The notes under the pieces: model-generated
The model's input: only the letters and a program-made list of their open reading frames with translations
Database searches by the model: none
Told to the model about the DNA's origin: nothing
Position numbers and translations under genes: made by a program
Shown here: positions 37,399-51,310 of the stretch, in pieces
Layout of the letters: each line of letters begins with the position of its first letter
Numbering within the stretch: the stretch's first letter is position 1
NCBI GenBank assembly: GCA_039621445.1
Contig: CP154954.1
Location: 40,045,572-40,109,571, forward strand
Source: Euglena gracilis
Taxonomy: Eukaryota
Direction: 5' to 3'
Length of the DNA stretch: 64,000 nt

Positions 37399-39200
37399 CA
37401 TATACATATATATATATATATGTATGTATGCGAAGGTTTGCCAGTGGCTTTTTTGACAAGGCCTTCATTTCATCCCCCCCAAAAAACGTCCCGTGGGCAA
37501 GCAATTGGAGCAGCTTGCCGGGGTCCTTGGAAGGCAACGGGGGAAGGCGTGATGGGGGTGGGGGGTTCACTCCCCCCCAAAGGCGAGCGAAAGGGATGGG
37601 TGCACCAATGGCCGACCACACCCGAGGCTCTCCATCTCCGCCACCAGCCGATGGGCATCCCTGTGGGCAGCGGCTTACGGGTGAACTGCCCGACGGGGTT
37701 GGCCTGGCTATCATGCGACCCCCCCATCCCCCCAAAAATGCAGCTGGCCTTGACGGTGGTCTGGATGAGGCCACTTGTTTGCCGGAACCCAGGGTTGGCC
37801 ACTTTGAGTCGGAGGATCCACAACCCACCAAAGCCACTGGTGGTCACCCGGTGGGTCGGACCCATGCTTGTGCTTACCGACCGGGGGGGGAGGGGGAGGG
37901 GGGGTGCTATAGAGTGCCTGCCCCAGCAGGCACCCCCGCCCGGGGGGGGGTAGGGGTCCGGGTGGGGACCCAGAAATTTTTCATTGAATTTTCCGGGCCC
38001 CCGGCGCCTTTGGCGCCGGGGTCGGAGGGGAGTGCCTGCTAGGGGCAGGCACCCCCCAAAACCCTACCCCCCCCCCGGGGGGGGGTCGGATCGGGTGCTA
38101 TGGGGTGCCTGTCCCTAGCACCTCCCCCCCCCCCGTGGGGTAGGCACCCAACTAAGCACAAGCCTGGTCGGACCATCATTCAACGGTGACATGGTCTGGA
38201 CCTCAAGGGGGAGCAACAAACCCCAAAATGGCTTATGTCTGCAGCGAAAACTGCAGAGATACCCAATATATTTGACAACGTGGGTTGAATATTGTTCAGA
38301 TGGACCGAGTTTGGCTCTGCCTGAGAGTCACCCAACTGGATTTTACTCGACAACCTGGGTGAACTATTTTGAGGCCAATGGCTTTCTCAGCACCATGAGG
38401 TGGAGACACACATGATTGCAATGGTTTTTTCAGCATGTTTCCTCCTTAAATGATCCCGTTGGCTGTATACCTCCCAAAGACTCAGGAGCAGACTCTGGAT
38501 CTCTTGCGGCGACTGGAAATTTCCCCCGTCACCAAGTTATCCTGCATATTTCCCGTTTGGGTTGGTGGTGTGCTCCATGGAGGTCATGCCAGCAGTCTGC
38601 AGTTTCAAAAAGTTCATCGCGTAGTGGCAGAGTGTTTCCGGCGGGAACCCTAACCTGCATGCCCACCCCAGGGACAGATCAGACCAAGGTCTCTTAATTC
38701 CCGCCAATCAACCTTCTTTTTCCCTTGCCAGCACCGCAGCTGCTCAGGCACTGGCTTGTCCTGTTGATGCAGTGTTGAGCGGAGTCACGGACCCCTGCGC
38801 ATCCGACCAACCCGGGCAGCCCACCCATGGGCGCCACTGGTCAAGGGTCGCAGCCTGGCGCTCCAGCCGGTCGGTGCTCGCCTGCAGTCGTTCCCTGCGG
38901 GGGAAACGGCAGGTCCCCCACACCGCCCAGAAGGCAACCGGACAGTGGCAGTGACAGTGGCAGCGAACTTCAACAATGTCTGAGGCAACTACGTGTGACA
39001 CCACCCGGGATAATTCCTCCAGGGGGTGGATCGCATCCAGTAACCAGTCCCAACGACGTCGGCACCCAGAAAGGCCATCTCCAGCTGCGAAAATTCCATT
39101 CCGGGTTCTTTCAACGTTAGAGATCGCCTGGGATGGATTTGAGTTGGATGACTTTGATCACCTGGGGGGAGGGGTCTCCGAGTCGGCGCCAGAGAGCCAT
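34820..39200 (-). CDS. Second VTI1-like paralogue (partial model)
   Basis: Exons at 38894-~38835 ([19 protein letters not shown]), 35272-35191 ([27 protein letters not shown], 82 nt like the first copy) and 34868-~34830 ([13 protein letters not shown]). Possible linker exon ending ~39162. 5' and TM exons not identified. Confidence 0.75.
36720..37248. mobile_element. GGCAAG-terminal MITE with TTAGGG/CCCTAA tracts, inserted in (TA)n
   Basis: GGCAAGACTAA...TTAGCCTTGCC, with ATATATAT on both flanks. Confidence 0.8.
37863..38166. mobile_element. hAT-like MITE, 8-bp TSD
   Basis: TIR CATGCTTGTGCTTA / TAAGCACAAGCCTG; TSD GTCGGACC (37855-37862, 38167-38174). Confidence 0.85.
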
Positions 39201-42200
39201 GGCAGAGTGTCCACTGCCCCCCCCCAAGGGTATTAAGTGAGTGGGCAGGGGGGGTCTGGATCCCCCGGGGGGGGGGGGTCGGACCACCCCCCCGTGCAAA
39301 AAAAAATTCTGGCGCTTTGCGCGGAAAATTACTTTGGGCCTTGAAAAAGGCCCAAAAATTGCGTTTTCACGCGGTTTTCTTTTTTTTAAAAAATAACATA
39401 CATACAAAACAATATAACCCCCCCCCCAAATAATAACCCCCCAAATAATAAACTCCCCCTTGAGGACCGACTGCGGCCGCCCAAATAATAAACCCCCCTC
39501 CGGCAGGTGTGAAGGCAAAGGAAAAAAAGAGCCAAAAATCAGCAGAAATGTTGCAAAAAAAATCACAAAAATAGATTAGATTGGTGCAGAAAATATGTCA
39601 AAAAAGCACCCATTTTTTAAAAAAAAAATCCAAAAATGCCCAAAAAAAAGCGACTATTGGGGCCTGTGGAGGGGTTTTTGGATCGATTTTCGACTTCAGC
39701 AATTTTGCCCAAATAATAACCCCCCCAAATAATAACCCCCCCCCTTGGACCCCGACTTCGAATGTCCAAATAATAAACTGGGGACGTTTATTATTTGGGG
39801 GTTACACCATATTTCATCTAATCCGGCGCTTTGCGCTTGAAGAATTTTTGGGGGGTTCCCGGGGGCGTTTTGAACTGCCAAATTTTCGACCTAAAGCAAA
39901 CCACATATTACAACCCCACATGTAAAATTCAACCCAAACCCAAATATGTGCAATTTTCGACATAAAGCAAACCACATATTACAACCCCACATATAAAATT
40001 CAACCCAAACCCAAATATGTGCAGCAAATGAACGCTGTTATTCGGGATGGGTAGAGGAAAAAATAATGTTTTGATGGTTTGACAATGTGTGTCTGTGTTG
40101 TGCTGGTGCTGTGGTACCCCCCAAATATAAAGCCAAATATAATAATAAAGGGGTGGTCCCGGACCCCCCCCCCGTCCAAGGAGGGAGGGGGAGGTGGTCT
40201 GGACCCCCCCTCCCCCCCTTAATTGCGCTAAGGCTTCTTGTCTGTTTATGGCTGGCGCTGATTCGCTTCTGGCCCAATTTGTGTGGTGAGTGGCCAGGGA
40301 CCCCTGACCCCCCCCCCTGCAAAACCACCGCTCACTTAATACCCTGCCCCACAGGGGCAAATCAGGGGGTTTGCCTTCCGAGGCATGCGCCGAGGATGGG
40401 GTCGGCCACGCCTTGAAATTCAACCTGCTAGTCACCACATGTTGGGGAGGGAGTCACCGGTGGCCTTCGGCGGGTAAAGAACTCTGGCCACTGGGGGAGG
40501 CGTCCATCTAAAATCGCTTTCCCCGGCTGAGAAGAGACGGGTGGGGGGCGATGAAATATACACATACCACCGGACCCCACCTTTTGGGGCAGACTTTGTG
40601 TAAAATCCTACTGATGGTCCTTGGAAATTTTTGGGGGTGGGGGTTTGGTGGTGACATAGAATCGTGATAGACATACAATGGCGACGTAGAATACTGTGCT
40701 CAGGGCACTTTTTCCTGGGTCCAAACCACCCGCCCATTTTTTCGAAAAAACAACCACCCATGCACGACCCCCCCCCCCGGGAATCAACCCTCCCACCCAC
40801 CCAAAACCAAGCCAGAATCGGCTGAAAACCCTGGAATTTTTTTGCAGCCCGGAGGTTGGGCAGGCCTTGACTGACCTACGACGTACCGACCCCCGGGGGA
40901 GGGGTCCAAAAGCCCGCAATTCCAATGATTTCTTTTGGATTACATTTTTGTTGTCTTGAAATTCACCCAATATTACCCCGCATTATCTCCAAATCAATTT
41001 CCAAAGATGAATTCATTTAACACGGTTGTGCTCAGGTTATACCTGGGGTTTTCACTCCACTCCATTAAAAGTTTTCAACCAAGTAATTTATTACAATGAC
41101 CAACAACCACAAATTCTTGATTTGGATTCTGTTTTCATATTTAATAATCAAGAAATTAATCAATCAGCAGTGAATGCTAAACCACCCTCATCAGCGCCGC
41201 ACCCAACACCCATTGCCCCACCCAACACAAACGTGTCGGGAGGTGGCCTCTCCGTGATGCACGGTCCGCCCTTCAATTCCGAGGTGATTGGTGAGATGTT
41301 GGGTCCACCCCCTCTCCAAGTGGGAGGAGTACACCCAAATCCGGTGAATATGGCCACCCGGCGTTACGCCACCACATTTTGCTCATTTCTCACTTTTCTG
41401 CGCAGTTTCCTGCACCTTCAAAGTTTTCATTCAACATTCTTTCATTGCACAAATTTTGGATAATAGCGAGGATTGCTCGTTTTTTGTTTCTCCCTCAAAT
41501 TTTACTTTTTTGAAGCTTTTATGTCATTCATTCCCCTTCAAAAACCAACACATTGCGAAACAGCAGTGAGAGGACACAGGTGGATCCCCCTCCCGACCCA
41601 GGGCCATTGGGCAGGCTTTTGGCTGGTTCCTGAATGATCTGCCTGTTCTGGAGAATGCCAATGATTGATCGACCTTTAGGACCTGCATTACTCCCACCCA
41701 ATCCCAGTGAAACCCACCCATTACCTTGCGCTGGGGGGTTTTGATTTTCAGCATCACAAACAGAGAAGAAAACATTTTGGCTCCAGGGGGATCCCAGGGT
41801 GGTCGGACCCCCCCCCCCCTTTATCCCATGAACTGCCCGGGGGGATTCGGGGCAACCCCTGTTTGAGACGGCTGGCGATTTGCATATATTTGTATATATT
41901 GAGTATTTGCACGTGCCTGGCAGGCAGTGTGAGAAAAGAAGGGACAATAACGTCGTCATTTTGTTTGGTCCGATGCCAAAAGTTCAAACGGCTGAGGCTG
42001 CGAGCAGCAGGGGAACACTGCAGTGTGGGGAAGGAGGTCAGGGGTTGGGGCCAGTCAACAGGCGGGAGTTAGTTGTCATTGTCAGGGTCGGCTTCTGTCA
42101 ACCGGCTACCCTGAGGAACACAAAAGACCTCTCGACCCTTGCTGGACCTCAACAGCACCTCATGAGCGTCCAACAGAGAACAATGACACAAGCAGAAGCT

Positions 42201-44377
42201 CTCCCATGAAAAGCCCAATCACTTCCGAAATAAGCAGACATTTTTTTCTCGGTGAAAAATGGGGTGGTTAGCTTGATTAGCCGCACCACCGGGCCAATGC
42301 CGCCGTGCAAGCTGGGTCAAACCACTGCACAATGCATTGCATTGTCAGGGCTGCATCACAGCCGTATAGCCTCTGGTTGGGAACGAACGTTTTGACTGTT
42401 GTCGACGTGAAGCAAAAATGACCTTTAACGCCAGCATTAGATTTGGGGAAACGTCGCTGACACACCTCTGCTGTTGCGCTTTCAACCGCTCCTGTTTTGC
42501 CTCTGTGACAAAGACAAAAATTCTGATGCAAATTCTTGCCCTTCTTGTTGTGAACAAGGGGCGGACCGCTGCCCAGGGACGATCAGGGCTCAGTTGTCCA
42601 TTTTTTGTGGTTCACATAAAGTTGGGAGTCGCAAAATTCTTGTTGTGGTCTTGTTGGTGTCCACAAAACCACAAAAAAAAACTTTGGTGTTCATAAATGA
42701 AGCGCAATTTTTTTGTGTAACACATAAAAAATTCTTCCGGTGTCCCCTCACAAAAAATATTCTTTCTCTCTCTTTTTTCGGTGTCTACACATGGATATCA
42801 AAGCGTCACCTTGATGTCCACTGGAAAGAGCCTTCAATGTGTCCATTGGGGGGGGGGGGTGGAATGCAAATGGTTGCCAAGGACATCCACGTGCAAGCTG
42901 CCGATAAAGCCTCGGCGACGGCCAAAATCACTCAGGGCAGGGGAAACACACGTCGGAGTCCTGGGTTGCGATTCATCCGAACTTGTTCCTTGATCAAATC
43001 CAACAGTTGCCGGTTGATCCCGTTGTCTGGGGAAAGGGTAGGAAGTGCCCAAAACTCCTTTCACCGACAGGGTGGTCGCTCGGACATCGGGTGGTCGAAC
43101 ATATATCGATGGGGTTGGTTGCAAATGAGCCAATTCCCACCGCTTTTTAAAAATTTGCGCATTGTTCTCGGGAAATATCTTGAACGTTTTTAAAAAAACA
43201 AACGCTTTTCCAATGATGTCTTTCAAATAATATGGTTTTCAACAGCAAGAACACTTTCCTGCTTGCTCAGTAATTTTTTGATGCCTTGATGCCTTGATGC
43301 CTCTGCTATGAGGGTGGCTGTGACCAATTTATTTAACAAATCTCTGGATTTATTAAAGAAATTCTGGAGTTCTGGTTAAAGAAATTGGATTTGTCTCTGG
43401 ATCTGAATTTAACAAATCCCCCAAATATGAAGCCCCCCCCCCAGAAAACAAAACCCCTTCAAGGGGTTTGATTTTGACACCCATACAAAAAACCCCACCC
43501 AAATATGAAGCCCCTAGAAAATACCATACACATTCACGCATCAAGGAATTCGAGGGAATGCACAAAAGAATACTGGTGTGGTAAAGGCTGTGGTAATGGA
43601 TGAATGGTACTTTGACTGAATTGGTGGCAATGAAACTCGGAGACACTAAAAAAAAGGTAATTGTCTCTACCCAAGGGCCTTGAAATGAAGCCTTAACATT
43701 GGTTTGAGGGACAAATAAAATTCTAATAGCCTTTGAAAACTTGGGCTGCTTTTGTTTAGACACCTCCAGCCGCAAAAAAAGGCAGAAAAGACAAGCCTTT
43801 GAGGGTGTACTGCACTGCTTGCTAAAACGTCAAAATTTCATTCTTCGGGGGTCAAATTCATTTTAGCAACCCCCCAAATACGGAAAAAAAGCAAGGTTGG
43901 GGGTTGATTTGAGTCCCAGCTGCTCTGACCCAGTCGAAATTCTCCTTGAAAATGGCCATTTTGAGGACCCCAGCCAGGCTTTTGCTTACAAGTCCTCGGG
44001 GCCCGCAAACTCGTCATTTTGCTGGCAAATAGAAAAAAAGCCAGTAGCTGCCGCCCCCTACCCCAGGAAGGAAAATATTCTGCGTGCCACGTTGCAAAAA
44101 GTTTTTGACTTGTTTTTGTTTGAGTTGCTCAAAAAATCCCAAAAATCCCAAAAAAGCGTCATTTTTGGCAGGTTTTGGGTCAAAACAATTACGGCACTTC
44201 GCGCTTTGCGCCAGTCACTGGGGGGATTTTCCCACAAGCTAGCCTTGCTAGCAGACCCCTCCCCCGGAGGAGAAGCGGAGGAGAAAGTCAACAAGGATTT
44301 CCACTGGCTGGACCAGCTGCAGTCCAGCCCCCTACGGGGGCTGCAGTCCAGCCCCCTACGGGGGGGGGGGGGGTGTA

Positions 44378-45987
44378 CAGTAGGGGTCAAAACTACTCGT
44401 ACAGCAAAGGGGTCATAACTACTCGTACACCCCCCAAGGAAAAATGTGAAGGATCCACCGGAGGTCCGTACGACGTGCGTGTTGCCATGTTGCCTGTCCC
44501 ATTTGGTGGCATGGTAACAAAAAAAGTGCTCCTGCGTGTCCGCAGAGCATTTCTGCACAATGCCACCCAAGCGAACCGGCCCTGAGCGTGATGCTCAGCG
44601 GGCCTGGATTTGGGCTTCCTTTTGTGGTGGCTCCAGCTATGGGGCCATCGCCACTGCCGAACGTCTCGGCCGCAGCACCGTGCAGCCCATTGTCAAGCAG
44701 ATTCGGGATTCGGGGCAAATCGCCGCATGGACTGGTGGTGGGCGTCTCCCTGTGGCATCACAGAGGTGCGATTTCCCACCTTTTTGACGGGTGAGTCAAC
44801 GTGTTTACGCCTGCTCAGGTACAAAAACGCGCTGTTCCGCCGCACCAACAAACATCCTTTCTGGGGGGGCGACCCGGCTGGCCGAGCAGTTGCACACCGA
44901 CATGCAGCATTGACCACCCGACCCCCTGGAGCTGTGGTACAGGTGCACGAATCCTTCCAGGGCTTGTCTGTGTTGCTGTATGCATTTGCAGATACCAGGG
45001 CGCCCTTCAAAGTCACCCGTGCAGCGGATGTTGCGTCGGCTGGGGTTCCGCAGTGTTCCGGCCATGCGCAAGCCACTGCTGTCCCAGACGAGCAAGCGCC
45101 AGAGGCTGGAGTACGCCAGGAAGCATCGGGTGTCCGACTGGTCGAAATCGGACCAAAAGATCTTCTGGGTGAGGCCTGGGGGGCAAGTGAGGTATGTTTC
45201 TTGAGCCTTGCTCGTCTAGATCGCTCTTTCACCATGGTTTGGACGGTAACTGTGTCTGGCATTGGTTCTTTTCTGTTTTCAGGTGCTGGAAACTCGTTCG
45301 GGAGTCGAGGTACACCGCAAAGTACACCGTCCCGACTGTCCAGAAGCCGGAATCCCTGATGATCTGGGCCAACATGAAGTCCAACGGCGCAATCTGTCTT
45401 CGATGGTATCAACACAGTTGAGTACAGAACCATCCTTCATGGCGCCAAGACCTTCATCAAGCCAGGGTGTGCAGCCCCATGGACACCTGAGTACCTGCTG
45501 CCACTCCGCCCTATTGTGCAGGGGTCGTGGCTGGACATTTTAGCAAGAAAGAGCGCCGGCGCATCGGGCAACCAGCACATCTTGGTGGTTGCATCGCCAG
45601 CGGGTGGCGCGTCACAACGCTGGAGTCTGGCCGCCGATGCCTCCAGACATGAACCCGATCGAACATCTGTGGACTTGGGTTCTGAGGCATCTTGATGGAG
45701 CCGTGTTCACTGGACGTGAACAATTGTGGAGCACTCTACAAGAGGCCTTTGCAGCTGTGCCTGCAAGCTATGTGCACAGTTTGTATGCCTCGCTGCCAAG
45801 CTGCATGCAGGCGCTTATCGCAGCCCGTGGAGGCCCCACCAGCTACTGAACGCTCAGTGGCCCATAATGCCTGCACACTGTGGCAATAGTGCGACGTGGA
45901 TGCTTGCTACGTCGTGCTTCACATTTTTCCTTGGGGGGTGTACAAGTAGTTATGACCCCTTTGCTGTACGAGTAGTTTCCCCTACTG
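44378..45987 (+). mobile_element. Tc1/mariner DNA transposon
   Basis: ~72-bp TIRs (44378-44451, 45917-45987) beginning CAGTAGGGG, with TA on both flanks. Confidence 0.93.
44560..45849 (+). pseudogene. Decayed Tc1 transposase
   Basis: HTH-like AIATAERLGRSTVQPIVK; RKPLLSQTSKRQRLEYAR; LMIWA; WPPMPPDMNPIEHLW; ends GGPTSY*. GT-AG intron at 45192-45282. Regions around the first two catalytic Asp residues are degraded. Confidence 0.88.
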
Positions 45988-46442
45988 TACGAACCCTTAG
46001 GCAGAAGCCTGACCCCAACACTTTTTTGGCCGGGTGTGCTTGCAACCAGAAAACCTGACCTCCCCCCCCCTCCCCACCGCCCCACCGGTTACCAACAGCA
46101 CGCCCCCAAACTTCTTCCCCCCCCCCCGCCCATTGGGAGGGGGTTCTCCACCAACAGACCCAAGTCGGTGTGGGACCCCCCGGGGGGCCAGCTATTTCGG
46201 ACGAAAAAATTTGTGCTGGAGAAAAATTTCGTCAGCACAAAAACTTTCGGCTGGTCCAACTTCCAGGCCCGCTGTGCAGGACCCCAGGGGGGGGGGGGTT
46301 GGCCCATCCCAACCTCACGAGAAGCCTGGTTTCAACACCCGAATGCCTGGAGAGCGACGCCCACCCAGGTGCCAGGTCATGGAGGCTGCGGTGAGCCAGC
46401 CGCACCCTGCAGCCAACCCCCAACCCGTTGGCCGGGGCACAC

Positions 46443-49400
46443 CGCCCAGGTAGACCTCCTGCAGCGCGGTGTTCACATCCAGGGCCGCCGCCAGGTGCCG
46501 GGCCCCTTGGGTCCCGATGGCGTTGACTGCAGCGGCAGGCAGAGGGCAGGGCAGGGACCCCCCCCCCCGCTGGGCTGGGCCGTGCAACGGCAGCGCTCGG
46601 GCACGGAATTGAACCACAGTTGTCACCAATGACGCAACTCTTGGGGGACGCCCCCCCCCCCCGAACCGAAGGCATGTGTGTCCCTCCGCCCACCACACTC
46701 GCCCCGGGGCTGCTCGGGATGCTCACGGCCCCCCCCCCACCCAGCAAGGCAGGGCACACACAGGCCAACCAGATGCCCTGCAGCGTGGCGTTCTCCCGCA
46801 GGGCCCCCGCCAGGTGGTGGGCCCCCTCGGGGCCGAAGTTGTTGGCTGCGGCCGGGCACGGGGCAGTGGGAGGCGAGGCGGGGAAAGGCGGCGGCACCAA
46901 ATGCAACCCGGTGGCGGAGACGCCCCTCCCTTCCCTCAACACAATTGGGCCCCTGCTCAAGTGGGGGACCCACTTGTATGGTGAGGCCGGGGCACGTCGG
47001 CAAGCACCGGTGGCCACCCAGGGTCCCAGACACAGTCAGACCCAATCACGCCAAAAGAAATCCTGTCACCCCAACTTTAAAAGATTTTTTTTGGCACATT
47101 TGCCCACTTCTGGCAGCTACAAGTGGCCTTTGGCGACTTTTGGTTGCTTTTAGTTGCTTTTTTGTATCTCTTGGTTGCTTTTAGGCCACTTTTGGCCAAA
47201 TTTGGCCTTCTTTACCCACTTTTGCCGCCTTTGGCCACTTTTGCCCACTGTAGGCTGCTTCTGCTGCTTTTGGCCACTTTGAGGCCGCTTTTGGCCATCT
47301 TGGCCGCCTTGGCTGTTTTTTTATGTCCACATTTGCCCAATGCTTTTTGGCCACTTTTGCCCACTTTTTTGCTGATTTCAACTGCTGTTGGCTACGCTTT
47401 TGGCCACTTGTTGCCACCTTTGATGGCTTTTGGCCACTTTTTGCTGCTTTCAATTCCTTTTGGCCACAACTGGGGGGCCCTTTGGCCGGCCGCTGTTTTT
47501 TGGTCTCCCCCACAACTCCCCTTTGGCCCCAACCACCCTCTACCCCCCCCCACCAAGAATCATTCTCACCTAAACAGCCACGCCTGAAGAAAACTGAATT
47601 GATGGTTTGGCATTCAGCCTTTTCGGTTCATCCTTTTGGGGCCTCCACCAGGATCCACTCCCCCCCCCCCCCCCCGGGGCGTCTCTTCACACCTCAATTT
47701 GTCCACCTCCCCAATTCTGGGGGGAGGGGCACAAAAAAGGCCAAATGTTTCCTGACTCTCCCAGTCGGCCTTCCGAGGTGGGCTCAAAAACCTGACCATT
47801 CCCCCCCCCCCCGGGTCCTGGGGCCCCAACCCACCACCCGTCATCCCCCCCCCAGATGAAACCCCACTCCCCACCCAAAAATCGAAATGTGAACTTTCTC
47901 TGAGTTGATGGGGCGGAATGGCCTGGAAAACCGAGGGTGCGCATATATGTGTGTGTGTGGAATTTCAACAACTAAGCTATCTCAATGGTATCTCTTCACA
48001 ACTCCTCCACCAAGGCCTTCTGCACCCAAAACAATCTTTCCAGGGGGCACAAAACGGCAAATGTCTCTGGGTCCACTTGGCCGCCTTCCGATGGGGAGCA
48101 AGGGGGGGCCCCTTCCCCAAAATCCCCCCCTCCCCCCCCCCCCCCCCAACCCCCCCTGCCTCACCCCCCCACCCCCAAATCACCCCTGCCCCCCCCATAC
48201 CCCATAGACCCAGATATGAAACTTTCTCTGAGTTCCGGCCAAAATGGCCTCGAGGAAAACCGAGGGTGCATATATGTGTGTGTGTATGTCTATTTTTCTC
48301 CAGCCGTGGTATTCTCCGCAGCGCCTCCAGGTGTTGGGCTCCGTCAACACCAAGGCCGTTGTCTGACACGCGCCACCGAAAGGCGAAAGAGTGTGTTGGG
48401 CGGGGGAGGAGAGGCGAACAAAAGCAGGCAATTGTGACCACGAGAAATGCACCGTGAATTGTGGAGTCACAGGAGACCTTCCCGCAATGTGGCCATGTGG
48501 CAGAAAACTTTTTGGGAAAACAACCACAGACCAGATATGAGAAAAGGCAACACCCAGTCCCATGTATAGCATACCATGGAAATAAACCCTGGGGTATGGG
48601 GGGAGGGGCATTTTGTACACACGCTTTTGGGGCTCCCAAATCCAGCGACCTTTTCTTAATCCATTTGAGACAATGTCACCAAGAAATGCTTTACAAAAGA
48701 AAATTTCACAAAAAAAGTGTGCCGAACTTAAAATATGATTGGCCTCTGCAAGCAATGTGCTTGGAATATGCGCTAAAAGGCCCCCTAAATATGCACTAAA
48801 ATATGCCGGAATATGCACTTAATATGCGGAAGAATATGTGGATAATATATGATTTTCCCAAAACCGGGACATGTTTGGCCACCCACCCTTTAATTCATTT
48901 CATGCCATTTTGCACCAACTTGGTTCCATTTAGGGCTGTCGTCAACCATTTTTGGCCAACTTTGACAATGTTGACTGTTTTGAGTCATTTTTGGGGCCAT
49001 TTCAAGCCAGTTTGGGCCATTTTTCGACCGTTTCAGTAATTATTTACCATTATTGACCATGCAGAGTCATTTTACAGAGAAAAAAAATTGCCATAAAAAG
49101 CCAAAAAGTGGTCTACTGTTCCCAAAATGGCCAAATTTACCGAAATCGGACCGTGGCCAAAAACTGTACAAAATGGGGCCCAAAGATGCGCGGAAGGGCC
49201 GAAAATGACTAAAAATATGCGGAAATGGTCAAATGGGAAAAAATGTTTGGTTGGAAACCAATTTTGTTTTGGGCTAGTTAAAACCCGTGTGACGGAGAAT
49301 GCAGAAAATGAACCCAAATATGGCGTAGAGCGGCCCAAAGTTGCCCAAAAAATGGCCCATTAGACCACTCCTTGCTTGCTGCAAATCAAAGAACGCATTA

Positions 49401-51259
49401 ATTCACAAAATTTTTGCCGGCACAGATCAAATCCAGGCTTCTTTTTAAGACCCCCGGGGGGGGGGGTCCCCCCACCCACCCAGGGTGGCGCGGGACCCCC
49501 CCGGGGGGGGGGGGGGGGGCCGGGGACCCCCCCCCCAAAATCGGGCCCGTTAAAGGCAATTTCCAAAAAAATTCGGCGCTTCGCGCCGAAAAGGTGTACC
49601 CAGCGCCTCCGGCGCGGGACCCCCCCCCCGGGGGGGGGGGGTCCGGCCCGGACCCACCCACCCACCCCCCCTCCCCCCGGGAGGGGGGGGGGTCTGCTGA
49701 CTTAAAAAGAAGCCTGATTCAAATCACAAAAATGCAGATTTGTAAAAAAAAATTTGTCCGCACAAAAAAACAGAACACAGAAAATTAAAGACAGCTGATA
49801 AAGCAGGTGTCCACCAGGTGTCTACCACAATCTTTCCAAACTATTTTTTTTGCAAATTTTAAAATAAATTTCACTTTTTTGACCAAAAGCACATATTTTG
49901 CATATATTGTGCAGATTTAGGCACATTCCGGGGTTTTGCAGGAGTTTTTTTGGCAGCATAGTTGCTCATTCCCGCATAATTTGACCGCACACTTTTGGGC
50001 TCGATTTGGGCATTTCATACTACTTGGGCGCCTTTCCTTCCTTTTAGACCATTTTTCGCCATTTTTGGGTCATTTTGGGCATTTTTTATGTGGCACAGAC
50101 CTCGCTCTAGTACACGTTGGTAGAAAAACTTACTGCATCGCATTTTGAAAAAAAAATATGTTTTCATCAACAATTTTTCCCGTCATTCAGTGCCCTCCCT
50201 GGAGGAGCCATGCAAGTTTTCAAGTTTTCAAGGTTTCAGAAACTGACCTACAAAAAAATACTTTTGCCTTTCGGTGGAGGTGGGAGAGACGACAAAAAGA
50301 GGCAGAATGGATGGCATAAAGATACAACGCAAATCAAAATGTGCCTTTCTTAGAGGTTTGAGAGGGAATTCTGGTCGCCAAAAATTCCCAAGAAAGGGGT
50401 CAGATTTTGAGGGAGGCATCAACTTCTTTTTCATAGGCAGCCTAGGTTTCCTTCGTGTGATTGTGCAAAAATACCATCTTTTGAAATTCCCAATTAACCC
50501 CCCCAGTTTAAAATTTCTGTCTTTATGTTGGGCGAAAATTCAAACCCCTGTAGGGGTTTGTTTATAAACTTGGGGAGGTTGTATTTGGAGGGTTTACATT
50601 GTATTTGGGGGGGGGGGGTAAATGGCACCCAGACCCGTAAAATATATGCAGAGCAGATGTCCCCGCAGCTGACCGGACATGTACGCCTAAGATGTGTCTT
50701 GGAACCCACCGACGACTGCCTCATCAATTTGGGATGGTGCTGGAACAATTTGGGGCAGGCGAGCCCTTCATGATTCCATGCACGTAGACCTTTGAAAAAA
50801 AAATTGCCGCCCGGCAACTGCTCAAACAGAAGGTTCCTGCAATTGCCCAAAGGGTCCTCCCTGGGCACTCGAATCACAAAAAACGTTAAATATGACAAAA
50901 GACTCACCTATTGGGCGCAAAATTTGGGCTTCGGCAGTTGAGTCTGTGAAAAACCATTTTGCCACTTGTAAATTGTGAGCCACTTGTACAATTGTGCAAA
51001 GAACCATGTTCCTTTGCCAAATTGGGCAGGGGGAACTTACTCAAAAAACCACGCAATGTCCATGGGGAGGGATCCAGCACCACAGGAATTCAGGTAATGC
51101 CACACTTTAAGGCATTAACTTCCCCTCCAAACAGACTGGCATCGGAGGACGTTGGTTGGTTTAAAATGGTTCCTTTGCACAAAATGGACAAAGGAACTCA
51201 GATTCTTGTTGACGTGTGGGTGTCCCAAAATCAATGGAGAAATTTGCGTGCGTGCGTGC

Positions 51260-51310
<51 letters not shown>

